A stretch of DNA of 64,000 nucleotides from Chlorokybus atmophyticus. Taxonomy: Eukaryota > Plantae > Mesostigma and Chlorokybus algae. The notes under the pieces were generated by a model. It saw nothing but the letters and a program-made list of their open reading frames with translations, did no database searches and was not told the DNA's origin. The translations under genes were made by a program, and so were the position numbers. This document shows positions 11,901-25,199 of this stretch, piece after piece. The stretch covers positions 308,158 through 372,157 of the forward strand of contig RHPI01001428.1 in NCBI GenBank assembly GCA_009103225.1. The letters are read 5' to 3'. Position 1 is the stretch's first letter. Each line of letters begins with the position of its first letter.

Positions 11901-14900
11901 TGAGAAGGATCGCCGCATTTCGTTCTTTCAACCTGCCTTCAGCAAGCTGGTCACACTGGTACATCGTGTACTCCCAACCAGCTCTGTTGAGGCCTGATTT
12001 GAGTTGTCACCATAGCCTCATGTGTGCATCTGTGCAGATCAGTGGGCGTGTCAGGTATCCTCTTGACTTTGAAAGTTGGAGAGATGCCGACAAGAAAGAC
12101 TTTAAACGCTCGAGATATGGTATGCATACGTGTCTTGTACCGAGCTTCAAGAGGATTACGGTTGTGGGCAGTATTTATTGTGAAGTGAATAATTTTGGTA
12201 ACTCTCCTGACTTGCTGCAATCTACAGAGCTGACGCACCAACCTTTTGTGCTGCAGCTGTCGCAGACACGCTGATCGATGCAGCAGATGTTCTTGGCGGT
12301 GAAACCGTGTTGCGGTTGCTGTTGCCGCCTCTGCAACAGGTAAGCGAGTCGACTGTGTCAAACAAGGATACAAGGTCGCACATGCCCATCAGTGCATCTC
12401 TGCAGTCTGCCGAGGCTCTGCTCCAAGGCAGGGAGTCAGAGTGGAGGGCTGCCGAAGCTGCACTCTACAGCATCAGAGCTGTTTCCAAGAGTGTGCCCCA
12501 TACAGAAAGCGCTGTTTTGCCCCAGGTCAGCACTCTTTGGTGTTCAGAGCCTTAGGAAGTCCTATTCAGAGACTGAACAGTACTTGAGCCACCAAGCAGT
12601 CAAGCGCGTGCACTGCAATGATCAATGCACAGATGCTTATTTCTGACAGGTCATGTCGCTCCTTCCGAGACTGCCAGCGCAACCGCAGCTGCTATACACT
12701 GGTACAACTTCCAGTGTATGTTCCGTAGTGTAGCATAGGACATGCATGTCTGTGGTTACGTGATCTCTCGTTTGCGTACAGCAAGCGACTGAGACTGTTC
12801 TCACTGATGTGGTTTTGTGCAGCTGCCTTGACAATCGCAGCCTACGCCGATTGGCTGCAAACGGTGTTAGCTGCTGATCCTTCTGCCCCACTCATTCCCA
12901 CCATTCTCCAATATTTGACATCGGCACTGTCGGCTGGTGACGATGCTGCTGCAGCTGTGGCGTTGGCCCTCAAACACGTCTGCGACGGTACCAATGTTTC
13001 CAAACAAAACATTGCATCACGTGGCATGCTGCATCATACAGTACTGAACAGGCTGCTATTGTGTTGTGCAGCATGTGCAAAGTATCTCACCACATCATTA
13101 GATGCGCTCTTGCAAGTTTATAGGCATCTCACCAGCATGGACAGCTCCGAGATTGGACAAGCTTCACCTCCACCCATGGACAATGAAGATTTCTTGCAAA
13201 TTCTTGAAGGGATCAGGTAGAGATACTCAGTGTGCAGGCGTATGGCCTAGCTACTTATGCTATGGCATCGTGCTGCACTTATTGCTACTGGCAACACGTG
13301 TCAGTTTGGTGGTGGCTGCGCTTCCAGACGAGCAGTTGCCAGTGGCGTTGAGCGCTCTATTACAACCGATTGCAACCGCATTGCAGGTATGCTTGTTGTG
13401 GCTCATGAGTCATGGCCCAGCGTTGTTTCATGTGGCATGTGCAGAGGCTATTGGCTACACCACCAGAGTCGCATGCTTCACAAACAGCCCATGCAGCTGC
13501 GGTGCAAGTGGATCGCCTCGCTACCATTGTCAGGTGTGTTGTGTGTTCAGGCTTTGCATTGCATTCAAGTCCTGTTTATCTCATGACGTGACTCTTCAGG
13601 CATGTTGCCCGACCAAAGCAGATTGCGGACGCCTTTCAAAAGCTCTGGCCGTTGGTTCAAGCTTGCTTTGATAGGTAGGCAACTTGCCGTCTTTGTGTGC
13701 CAAGCTGGTGCTTATACCACCCTGCCATAACTGAACTTGATTCTTGCCATTGCAAGGTTTGCATCTGATCCCCACATGATGGAGCGTTTGTGCCGAGCCT
13801 GCAAGTACGCTGTAAGTCCAACAGGGTGAGAGGTGTATGCTTGCCATGCAATTCAAGTGTTGTTTGTGATATCCTCGCAGCACTCGTCTTTGGCGCTCAT
13901 TGATGCTTGTTGTCAGTTGCGGAGCGCTGGCAAGGAAATCGGCCCTCTCTTACCAGTGCTTGTGAACGAAATCCAAGTGCGATTCAATCACAGGCGTCAG
14001 TCGAGCTTCCTGTATCTGGCGAACGAGCTAGTCAAGGTGCTTGGAGTTCCACTGCCCATGTGATGCATACATAGCAGCTGTCCGCATAAGTACTGACGCT
14101 TATCTTGTATGACAGCTGTTTGGTTCAGAACAGAGTTGTTCGGAGCCGCTCGCTGCGCTGCTAAGTACCCTCTTTGACTTGAGCTGTGCAACTGTGCGCA
14201 CACTTGAGGTGAAGATTAGTTTTCGCATGGCTAGGTGGCACTGCACTGCGTATCAAACATGCCCAATCCGCTCACGTTGTCATTTCATCACCTTGACTGC
14301 AGGACATGACTGCACAGCCTGACATAGTTGACGACCTCTTTTTGCTGGCGTCGCGATGTCTGAAAAGCTGTCCGCAACTCTTCATCCCTGCCAAGCTCCC
14401 TCAACTGATACAGTGCGCGTTGGTTGGCACGGGCATCCAGCACAGGTGCGCATGCCTTGCTTGTATTTTAGGCATGTATCTGGTGCCTTGATGTGACCCT
14501 GATGATGTTTGGACACCACTGTGGGTTCGTTACGCAGCTCACTTGAGTCGTGCATGCAGGGAAGCGTGTAGTTCCGTGATGTTCTTTATTCAGGGCGTGT
14601 TGCAGTTGCCAACCACGCGCCACGGCACACAGTTCATGGGAGTTGTTGAGAGCCTGTTGCAAACTCATGGCAGAGAACTGCTTGCTCGGTTGTTTAAGGG
14701 GCTTGCAGGAGGCCTTCCGGAAAACAGACTAGATGATGTAAGCACATGTTGGCAAACACTCAATGCTACTGCGGCAGCCGTTGGTAGGTAAAGTAGATTG
14801 CATAGGCCTGACATGACTCCTAATATGTTGTGTTACACACGCAGGTTGCAGAAGTTTTGGGAGCGTTGGCTGCTGCGAGCAGACAGCAGTTGATGCCCTG

Positions 14901-15096
14901 GGCTATGGAGTTGATGTCGGCGGTGCCTGCCGCCGCAGTCCCTGACATCAATAAGCAGAAGTTTGTGCAGGCGCTGGCAGCGGCGGCCAACGGACAAACC
15001 AACCCCGCCAACCTGATGGCTGCTGTGGACGAGATGTCGGACTTGTGCCGCAGAACGCGGCGCGTACAGGATATGGTTCATAACGCTGTTAGGTGA
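8986..15096 (+). CDS. MOS14: Transportin-SR / transportin-3 (importin-beta family), more than 20 exons
   Basis: LLQALQALYHHPDEGVKKAADRWLEEFQHSVEAWQ, YFCAQTLCTKVQKDFEELP, GPPAVRTQ-LCLATAALAAH, MLELLHVLPQE, ALARVFAEVGETY, IAATTFNFWH, WRAAEAALYSIRAV, PDIVDDLFLLASRCL and the terminal DEMSDLCRR are hallmark TNPO3/MOS14 blocks in the expected order. Confidence 0.95.
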
Positions 15097-15507
15097 CGAG
15101 TCTTGTGCTGCATGCAACATGAGTTGGCCATTGCTGGTGTTGAATTTTGTCCAATGTGCGAGTAATTGCACATGAGCATCGTTCCCGGGTATGAGAACTG
15201 CTCTGCTTAAGACACCCGGAGAACAACATGCAAGTGAAAACACTGTAATGGCAAATGCTCTATGTTGGTGCCTTGAAGCAGGCTGCGTCAGTATGCATAC
15301 CCCACAGGTTGACTGCACGGCACAATGCCTCATGAAAATTGCAGGGTCATCCGACACCTCACAGCTGGCAGTGTCAAAGATGCTGGCAACTAGCAACATG
15401 TTGAAAAGAACGCATGTAACCTGCTCATTTGGTCGCTGGATTGCGCTGCTGCTGGATTGTATTCCTTGATGTGAATTTTGCAAAAGGTATCGTACGATCA
15501 TATGCAT

Positions 15508-15722
15508 TGTACGTGCGCATAAGTCATGCCCTCTTCACCAAGGCGCACACCAAGCTCAACAGAAAATAATATCAAGGTATGCGCAGGTACAATTATGTTT
15601 CTCTGTATAAGCATGATATTGTATACGCGCATAAGTTGTGCAGTCTTCACCAAGGTGCGCACCAAGCTCAACAGACGACCATATGAAGGCATGCGCATGT
15701 ACCATTGTACTTCTCTGTACAG
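15508..15722. repeat. Diverged tandem duplication, 2 copies of about 112 bp
   Basis: tgtacgtgcgcataagt...tcttcaccaaggcgcacaccaagctcaacaga from 15508 versus tgtatacgcgcataagt...tcttcaccaaggtgcgcaccaagctcaacaga from 15620. Confidence 0.75.
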
Positions 15723-15759
15723 AAACATAACAGCAATGTGACGCATGGTGCTTGCATTC

Positions 15760-18681
15760 CTAACAAGCTATACAAGTTAGAAACACTCGCAATGTACGGA
15801 CTTGAACTAGAAGTAACGATATATTACTGGCACTTGTATATATACAATGCCAGTGCTTTGCGCTCGCGCAAAGCACTGGCATCTTGTATATATACAAGTT
15901 GCCATCTGTCAACCCTTGCGTCCTGCGCAATAGGTTCTGCGCGGCGGAATCCCTACCAAACCAATCTCGCACAGCAGCAGCAACCCACTCTGCAACGCCT
16001 GTGGCATTCACCACGAAATCCGGCGTGAACTTGATGCCAATTAACTTGAAGCCAACATCTTGATCACCCGACAAGCCAGCGCATGTTGAGGACGCATCAC
16101 TGCCTGCAACATGCCCGAAATAATCGCTGAAGTCCTTCGCAACAGAGGTGACTTGGATATGCCCGAGCTGTTCATCTCCGTCATGTTGCTTCTCGCAATT
16201 GGCGAAGCCGGCGGTAAGTCCAATGGCTTTTGCGTGCGTCGGTGCTGCTGACCAGAGCCCTCTCGCACACTCGGATGCAATCTGCTCACAAAAGAGAGCG
16301 TGAGTCGGTGTTGTAACGTTTGTGTGTATGCACTCATATACAACACCTGTTCGTGTACATGCAGTGTCCATTCACGCAATTACACCTGTAAGAAGATGGC
16401 ACAGCGGGGGAGGAAGATCGACAGAGCGCCGTTGGCACCGTGCGCGCCGACGTATACGTTCGCATTGGCATACAGCACCTGAAGCTCAGATGACTGACTG
16501 TACTACATGGGTCCGAAACACATACGTCCAGACATTACTGCACTGCCACATCATCAACGAGAAGGCATTCACACCCAGTCTGCCAAGGCAGCCTCGTGAC
16601 ACTGCTGCTTACAAATGAGGTGTGCGTATGCCTGTGTGCTTGAAGCGAAGTACCTACCTGATCTCGAAACTCAGGCTGGTGTTTGGGGTCTGCGCAACAC
16701 AACCACAGCTCAGACACTTATTGGTGGTATGCCACATGCCTCAAGCACAGCCATACCTGTAGCGCATAGTATGTGCACACCCTCGACACTGTCAAGACTT
16801 GTCACGTGCTTGCGGACTTTAGTTTGTTGTCGTGCGCTGCATTGGTGTCACGCACGGCTTTGGCCGCAGCCTCACCGACCTCATCCACGTTAAGCAGCGT
16901 GCGATGGTAAACATACTTCCTGAACATCTCAGGCAGTTGGATTGGTTGCATGACATGCATTGTGATCCGTAGTGTCTGGCTATCTGAAGATGATCTCGCT
17001 TACCTACCTACCTTCCGTACACGGTTACGCGAATCTCCTCAGCCTCCAAAAGCAAAGACAGGGGCGGCAGGGGCACCTGGAGGTACCTGAAGGTGGCCTG
17101 GTGGAAGAGTGCCAGCGCTTCATTGACCTGAGACTCGGTATATGTGCGACTCGCGGCGGGCGCGGGAACTGGTCTGCCAGCGTCCACAGCCACATCTGGT
17201 TCATTACCAGTGTCTCGAAACAGGTCAGTGCATCGCCTTGGGGGACTCTAATGAGATCTGCCTGTGCGGAAACACTTATACATAACTCAACACCCATGCA
17301 CGTGCGCACATGTGCATGCACGTGCGAGCATGTGTGTGGACGTGGGTTGACTTGTGCGTGAATGCGTGTGCGCTCATGTGTGCGCGTACATGCATGTGTT
17401 AGTACCTGTTTGCTGCTGTGTGTACATTGATTACTTGGTGTTCGTACAAAAGCAAGACACACACATCGGGAGTAGTCTCCATGACCGCGCGTGTAATGTG
17501 TCCGAGAAGCGCATGGCTAGGTCGCTGAAATGCTCGCATGCTCGCCATAAACAATATGGTCGATCCTCCCAATTGCATGCCTGCACAAAAGATCGTCACC
17601 TCGGAGCAAAGCCATTGCCTTACTCACACATTGGTTCAACTTGATGTCCACTGCACAGACCTGAACTCTGGAAGCTGGACAGCAGCCTCATGCAGGATGT
17701 TCTCCGTTATATGGTGGTTTGGGTTACCGATGCAGATAGCTAGGCGCATGCTCACGCCATTGACTCACACTGAGTTGGTTGGTACACCGTGTTCGCGCGA
17801 CTCCGTGAAGCGCACCTTGGGGCTCTTGTCTTTCTCAAACAGATGGACCCACTCTTCACCCCACAGTTTCTTCACGGAATCAACTTCCACCCAAGTCTGC
17901 ACGCAAGGGTAGGCTTCAGGTTGTGTGTCTTGTCATCAGTGACAATGTGCGTGTGTACGAGCGCATGTGTGTTGACGTGTGTCATTCTGTATTACCACCA
18001 ACTCCCACAAAAGCGAATGAGCTTTGCTGTCTCTTTATTCTGCTCACCTCATCTTGCCCAACGAAAACGTAATTCCAGTCAACGCTGGAGTTGTAGTGCA
18101 GTGCGTGCACGAACACACGCACTTCATGCTTACACAGCCTGGTACCAACCTTGACGTAATCTGTAATAAAGCTGCTGGGAAGCGGGCCGCCCACGTCGCA
18201 CGCGGACTTGATTCCCCCATGCACGCTGCCAAGAGTGCGCTGGAGGCCCCAGCCGGTGCCCGGGAGATTGCTCGGTTTACACGGCGGCAGAAAGCTTGGT
18301 CGCCTGCACGTTCATTCACGTTCACTGCATGGCAAACAGGCACATGCACATGCACATGCACATGCACACACGCATTCCTTCATGTACATGTGACTCTGCA
18401 CGCACGCACGCACACGTACGTGTGCACGTACACTCTTGTAGACCTCTCGATTGAAACCAACCTTTGGCAAAATGCATTGTCCGTTGTCCGAGGCAACTGG
18501 TTGCCATGTCGCCACGTTCAATCACTGCTTCGCCTGCAGCAGTGCTGCAAACGGTTGAGTGCCAGTTGCGGCCAACAGAGAAGTTGTCCATGGTAGGAAA
18601 CAGAGGGGGTGTCCATAGTAGGAAGGTTAGCACGGCCGCTGCGCCGGCAAGCAGGAGAATGAGGCGCAGGCAGGTAGGCAT
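15760..18681 (-). CDS. Putative multi-exon secretory/type-II membrane protein with a weak Fringe/GT31-like motif
   Basis: Signal-anchor MPTCLRLILLLAGAAAVLTFLLW (ATG 18681). Spliced readings VDWNYVFVGQDE|TWVEVDSVKKLW (resembles the W..xxDDDT motif region) and MQLGGSTILFMASMRAF (resembles GGxGxxxS). There is a long terminal ORF at 15760-16270. Some exon phases and both ends are uncertain. Confidence 0.4.
15832..15899. repeat. Near-perfect 68-bp inverted repeat (foldback hairpin)
   Basis: acttgtatatatacaatgccagtgctttgcgc-tc-gcgcaaagcactggcatcttgtatatatacaagt. It has 32 paired bases, one 2-nt bulge and a 2-nt loop. Confidence 0.92.
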
Positions 18682-21499
18682 ATGGTTTAAGGGGTCCCCC
18701 GACAGATGACGCCATGGTTGACTGATAGCGTGTTTTGTCAATGCGGCGCGTGCATGGCCACTTGGATGTTGCGGGCACCTGCACGGGCAACAGCATGCGG
18801 CATGCGTCTCAGTTAGCAATGCAGCAGAAACAACACGCACTGCCTGATGGGAAACAACTTGCGCAAGTGTGAGCACTATGAGCACAGATTACCTGCAGAC
18901 GAATGTACCGTTGCTGGTTGTAGACATCACTTGCTTGTTGTGCAGATGACCCCAAGATCTAGAATTTAGGTTGAACTCAAACCGCAGCATCCATAGCTGC
19001 AGGAAGTTCAGCAATGACCATAGAAAGAACAGTCGCTCAGAAGAGCTAAGCTAGGCTAAGTTGAGTTAAGCGCTTCCTGCTTGGCGCAGCACACGAATGG
19101 ACAGCGGTTGTGGTGTTCCAAGAACATAGATCCAATGTCTGGCGCGAGGCGCAGCACGGTCGGCAGACTGGTAGCGGACATCACGCCCAGCCCAGCCATG
19201 CAGCCAGCCAGCAATCCTGGACCAAGATTGCCAGCCGTCTTGATTGTGGCGTTGCCGCTGCCAGGACCCGACCGTCACATCAACATCTCAGTGAGCAGTA
19301 GCAGCAGCAGCAGCAGCAGCAGAGGGAACAATGCTGCCTGTGTGTTGGACACGCATACAGAAAGTCACAACAAGTCACATCATCCCAAGCACACATGGAT
19401 GAAGCGACAGTCTGCAAGCTTGACAGCTTACCCTAGCGCATTAGCGTGTTCCTGCGTGGTGGCAACTTTTCTGCGCGCGACTTTGTTCTCGGGGTGAAGT
19501 GGGAGCTGAGCTGAGCTGAGGCCAACAGCGAGCAGCAGCAGACACCCAGCAACGTCTTCAAGCGTGTGCGCGGTGTGTAGGCTGAGCAGCGGTGAGGACG
19601 GCTCGCCGCCGCCGCCGCTGCCACGACCACCGCTGCGAAGAAGCTTCTTCCTAAAGCCAAGGGCCGCTCAACAGCTCCGACTGCCTTTGGCACAAGGACT
19701 AGGATTGACGCAGCACTTTGGTATGTACTACAGCTGCGCGTGGGTGCGTGGATGCGTCATGCACACCAACCGCGTGCTACCGTGCTTGACTACTCTGGAA
19801 GACACCACCACCACCACCTACAGAACGCTACAGAAGCATGCATGGTGGCTCACACGTACCACAGCAAGAAAAGCAGGGCAGGCTGTGTCAAGGGTGGACC
19901 TGCACAGCCGGCGGGCACACGTCCCTGCCGCTGACGGTCAGCACCAAGCAGCTGCTTGACGTGTGATCGTAACCGCAGCAACATGGCACTGAGCCAACCC
20001 CCGCTTGCACGCAGGCACACACGCAAGTGCAACTGATAGCGGTAGTGACCTCTTTTCTCTGCCGCTGCTAGCAGTTGTGTTCGTCATGCGGGGTTGTTGG
20101 AGCAGAGGATGTGCTTGTGTGACCACGTAGCTGCATAATGTTTCTCTGTATTAGTAACACTGGAAGCGTTATGCAGTAGTAGTGTCAGCACCATGACATC
20201 AGTAAGTGATATCCTCCAAGCCTAGATCCATCCTGTCCACGACTTTGCTCGCTAGCCATACAATACTATGGATGCGTACTTGTGCGAGTGGTCTCTCAGC
20301 GTTGGTTCAGCATGCAGAACCCATCACTGGCATGTCGTTCAAGGGTGGCCAGAAGCACTCATCGAGTCGACGATTATGCACTCCTCAATAGCACTAGGCA
20401 TTAACAACAAGGAGTGGATATCCACGTTGCACATCTTGTGGATACCCGTTCTGCAAGAGACTGCACTACCATGGACAACGAACTCTGTGGCCATAACATC
20501 ACGCCACACCAATGTCACACTTCTATTATCATTGACATACTAGCAATTGATGTCGGTGCTGCCACCATATCTACCCACCACTATGCCCAACCGTACAGTG
20601 CATTCCGTAGACGTTCTTTTGTACACAAACAATATACAAACCTACACGTGTATGTGCTGCACTATTGCATGCACGCAATAGCATCTTCAACTTCCTGTAC
20701 ACACACCCTGTCATGCTAAGCAAGCGCCGCGTCTGCCTCAGTAGTCGGAGGGCCTTGAGCCACAAGACTCCATCCCGGCTTCGCGGCCATATATTGATTG
20801 ATGCTACCTAAACATGTTGACTGATGCTACCCATGTGAGCAGGTACTAACTGAGTGCATGCTTGTATGTCTAACGGGGCGAGCTAGCATTGGTATAGTGT
20901 AGCAAGCAGCCATAGAACTAGCCCGGTGGTTAATTCTTATGTGTAAAGCGTGTGTATGCTTGTGCTGATACATGCCATTCGCATTGTCCACACCATGCAT
21001 GCTGCCACCGTACCATACCCATTATATATCCGCACACAGTATAAACAAAATGTTGCGAGCATGTGAAGCCACATCTATTGAGAAGGCTGGTTGTGCTTCA
21101 ATGGCACACAACAATCCACAGCGCTGCTGCCAACATGCACCATGCTCGCATCTCACAGGCTGAGTCGCGACATCCTGATGGCACTGTGCAGGTGACATCC
21201 AACCAAATCAAAATACTTCGCTGAGATTCAGATTCAGATTCAGAGGACACTGGCAAACACAAACTACGTCCTCCCAGAATGTCAACATGAGCTGCACATA
21301 GCAATCCCAAAACGGCAGGTGCAACAACTGTTGTGTTGCATAAGACTTATGCTGAAATCCGTGTGCGTGTGAAATTACATCATATCACACCCCTGTAGAA
21401 CCAAGTATGCTTGGCGCGCTGCTCATTAACAAAACTGTTCAGGACATATGATGTTTAGAGTTGTTGCATACGTACTACGATCTGCTAGCATCTGCGCAA

Positions 21500-22911
21500 C
21501 TATGAAAGCGTGGCGATGATATCCTGTGCGCGAAGCACCACGAATTGCGTGCCATCTGGACCCTGCAGTGACAGCCATAGTGTTACTGAATACTACACAA
21601 GCACCTTGCTCATCACTCAGCACAACTGAGCGACCACCCAACCAACCTTGAAGTCGGAACCAGCATACTTGGAGTACAAAACTGTTGAGCCAGCTTGGAT
21701 ACCAACAGCCTCACGCTTCTCTTCATCACCCTTGATGCCAGGACCCACAGCAACAACCTATTGCATGCAGGCGTTTGTATGCTGCTTGTTATGCAAACAC
21801 CAGAGGCATACTGCAAGCACCGACCTAACAGCAAGGCTATGTGACTATACTCACCTCGCCTGTCTGTGGCTTCTCCTTAGCTGAGTCTGTCAACAGCACA
21901 CCGCCAGAAGTGGTCTCTTCGGCCTTGGCCACCTAGCAGCGTGCACAAAGCAGCTAAGCCAATGGCACTCTATATCGGACTGATGCTAAGTGACATAGTC
22001 CATACAATCATTGTTTGATTTGCCGTAAATGTATACTTGCAAAAGTAATGTAGAACTAGGCCCAGATTGACAAGTAATGGTGCTTGCATTATACCTTAAC
22101 AAGGACACGATCTTGCAGCGGCTTCAATGTAGCGATGTCGTCGCTTGCAATGGTGCCAAGGACATCGTCTTCTTTGAGCAGCACATGGTCAGTGCCGTTA
22201 AGGTCCACGGTGGTACCAGCGTACTTGGAATACACAACGCGGTCACCAGCCTGCATCCAGCAAACAACACTCTTCAAGCGCTGACCAAGTTAATCACCGT
22301 TTCTCTGTGCATAAGTCTTTATGTGCACACCTTGACGTCCAGTGTAATGTAGCCACCATCAGGCTTAGCACGGCCGGGGCCGACAGCCAGAACATCACCC
22401 TGCGTTGGCTTGGTTTGTGCGGATGTGGGCAGGAGAATGCCACCAGAGCTCTTCTCCTCGATTTCCTTCACCTTCACGAAGACTCGGTCTGCAGCAGGCG
22501 TCACCTTGGTGAACTGCATGGTCACAACACAACATTGTTAACGCTCCAGCTACCATGCGACTCGGCACAAAGCAGGCCTTACTTCAAGCGAATGTGAATG
22601 CCATCACCCATGCCACAAGAAGCATACCAAGCAGTCGTAGTACTCGCACTACCAGCAATAGAGCGGGGTGGTGTTCAGCAATCAAGGGTCACCTTTTGTG
22701 TGATGGTAGCAGCATTGCTGACAACCAGCGCTCCTCGCCTGGATGATGAGGAAGATAAGCGTGGGGCGGCGGGAGCGGAGAAGCGAGCGGCGGAAGCGGG
22801 CCTGTCGACGCGGCGCAGACCATCAAACCGTGCCGGAGCGACGGCAGCGGACGACGACGCGGTGGACGCGAAGGACGCTGCGGCAGCGGTGGCGGCGGCG
22901 GCGGCGGCCAT
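21500..22911 (-). CDS. CPN20: Chloroplast 20-kDa co-chaperonin (tandem GroES domains), 6 exons
   Basis: An Ala/Ser-rich transit peptide, then FTKVTPAADRVFVKVKEIEEKSSGGILLP, GDRVVYSKYAGT, LKPLQDRVLVK-VAKAEETTSGGVLLT, VLYSKYAGSDFK-GPDGTQFVVLRAQDIIATLS*. All splice sites are GT-AG. Confidence 0.97.
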
Positions 22912-23532
22912 GATGAACGCACCAACAATGCACTTTTGCCAGAACAAACCCTAATCACTGCACTGCACTGCTGTGCTCAGAGCCCAAAGAATTCTTTCCG
23001 CTCTCACACAAACTTTGCCCGCCACGAGTATAAGCTGAAAAGTCTCTTTTCCCGGCCGCGCTACTTCGCGAAAACTCTTTTCTTTCATTTCAGACTTTTC
23101 TTGCTTTGCCTGCGCAGAAACACGGCTCGCCTTCCAGAGTTTTCTGCTGGCGGGCTGTTGACTGTTCGATCGTCACTAGTTGCATCGGACGGCTATTGCA
23201 CCCGCCCTGCTCGAGAACGGCTGCGTCACAGCCGGCTGCCAGTGCCTGCTAGTAACGCCTGCAACACCGGTGACTCAATGCAGGCAATGTGCTTGGTGGT
23301 CCTGCGCATTCTGCATGCATGCATGCATGCACAAAGCGCAAGCGCCAGTTGGTTGTTGCTGCCTTTTTGCGAGCTAGCTTCCCTGTAGAGTGCGGGATTC
23401 CACAATCCGGCCTTAGTATTGTGGCGTTCAGTTGCAAAGACTGCGTTCTCCTTTATAAGCAGTGTGTTGTGGGTGGTGCTGCAATGCACTTGCAGCAAGC
23501 TTTAGTGTGACTTGTGACTGGGCATAGTGTTC

Positions 23533-25137
23533 ATGCCTGCTGTGCGCACAAGCTGGAGCACGCGCTTCCTGCTGAGCTGCTTGACACTGGCACTGGCATT
23601 ACTAGCAGGGGCTTCACCTGACTCCGTGCCTGGCACGCCAACGGAGCACGAGGAGGATGCATTCCTGGGCTTGCCGCAGGTCTCAGCGGATGGTTGCGGA
23701 ACCCATGCACCGGAGGTCTTTGCAACAAGCTTCTTGCTATACGGGTACATCAGGCACGCATCTAAGTTTTCAACACTCAAGATTAAGCTCGGAGCTTTTT
23801 GCTTGATGAGACCCATCTGCAGCGTTGATTAATTGTGGGAGTGATGTGTTCCAGAGAGTTGCGCGTTGAGCGAGAGGAATGCTTCAATGTCGAGGTTAGC
23901 ATTGGCACACAGGTAAGCCAGTAGGATTCCTACAGGATGTCGTAGCAGGTTTCTTCCGGCCAACTAGTTTTAGAACATATTACACGTCGATTGTGTTTTG
24001 CAGGTTTGGCAGCGACCATGTGTCAATAGGACCTTTGCATTTGTTATTTCGTCCATGGCAGTGCTGGACGAGCTCGTTGGTGCGGTTATGGTCACTGTAA
24101 ACAGTACGGTAGGCAGGAACTGTCTCTGCACAGCAGCTGTCACCAAGTTATTTCCAGTTACAGGTATGTGTAATGATTGTGGTGCGGACACTGCAGCTTG
24201 CGTACGCACTACTGCAGTGCTTTGCCAATCAGCTTGCATGTTAAGCGCTTTCTGTATGCTGCTCAAGAGACAGTTGACTGCAATGGACACATTTAGAGCT
24301 TCCCTTTGGTTTTGTCTTGCCCACGTGCAGCAGGTGCCGTCACATACATCGCAATCAATGTTTCCCAGTTGTACCAGCAAGACGAACAGCTTGTCGTCAG
24401 CAACAATGTTCGCTCACAAGGTGTGCTTGGTGTTTGCAAATAAACTAGCAATGTGCTGTGGTCTGCAGTCTGCAACGGCAACCGTTGCCTCTGCAGACGT
24501 TCCAGTGACTACTGTCCGTGAATGCTGTTTGGAGGAAAGGCCACCACAGTTGTACTGGCAAGAGCAATGCGTCAATTGGGACGTCATACGCTCACAAGGT
24601 GGTGGCACAAACTGTATGCCAAACGTCCAGTCTCAGAACTACAACATACAGCATGTTGACTGACAAGCCTTATCACCTGCCTGCGCAGGTGTGCCCGACA
24701 TCAACACGGGCTTACATGCTGACCGGGAGGAAAGGCCAGCAAAGGGTGGCATGGTGATCATGCTGCCACTGTTTGTGCCTTTGCTCTTGCACTTGATTGG
24801 CAAATGTCTGTATCCCCAGCGTCAAAGCTGCAGGCAAGAACTGCATGCGCGAACAAGAGTCGAAGATGCAAGGCCTGTTGCACATGTACACCACCAGGCT
24901 GAGGGCGTCATCCTGCCGGCGTGTTCATCATCAGCGTCAGCAGCGAAACATCACCTTAATGGCACCGTGCACAGTAGCGCAGCACCGAGCATGCTGCGCA
25001 TTGGTGCAACCTTAGTCAGTGACAGGCAGCAGGCATGGAAGGCTGCGGAGGAGAAGATTGATCAGTTTATGGCTGACCCCGGAGTGGATGCTGCAGTGTT
25101 CTGCTACAATGTAGCCACCTCAAGACAAGGCCATTGA
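23533..25137 (+). CDS. Hypothetical single-pass (type I) membrane protein
   Basis: Signal peptide MPAVRTSWSTRFLLSCLTLALALLAGA. Phase-compatible exons follow (...LLYG-ELRVEREECFNVEVSIGTQ-VWQRPCVNRT...), then Cys-containing segments (ECCLEERPPQLYWQEQCVNWD), the hydrophobic stretch GGMVIMLPLFVPLLLHLIG and a tail of about 110 aa. The last splice phase is unresolved. Confidence 0.45.
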
Positions 25138-25199
25138 CTTTGTAGGGCGGTGTGTTCAGCCTGTACAACATGCATGGTTCTGGCTAGTTTGGTAAGCGA

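Noticed and set aside
3856-15096. Functional cluster of nuclear RNA/chromatin genes (SIC, Agenet-ENT, MOS14)
   Set aside because: Adjacency of housekeeping genes in a compact genome is not evidence of a cluster without synteny or co-expression data.
15800-15899. Helitron 3' end (hairpin plus CTAG-T on the minus strand)
   Set aside because: The CTAG is more than 20 nt from an atypically long stem, and no 5' TC end or Rep/helicase trace was found.
19433-21400. Several 60-130 aa ORFs on both strands
   Set aside because: No ATG-initiated, splice-consistent model and no motif were found. The region is probably UTR or intergenic.
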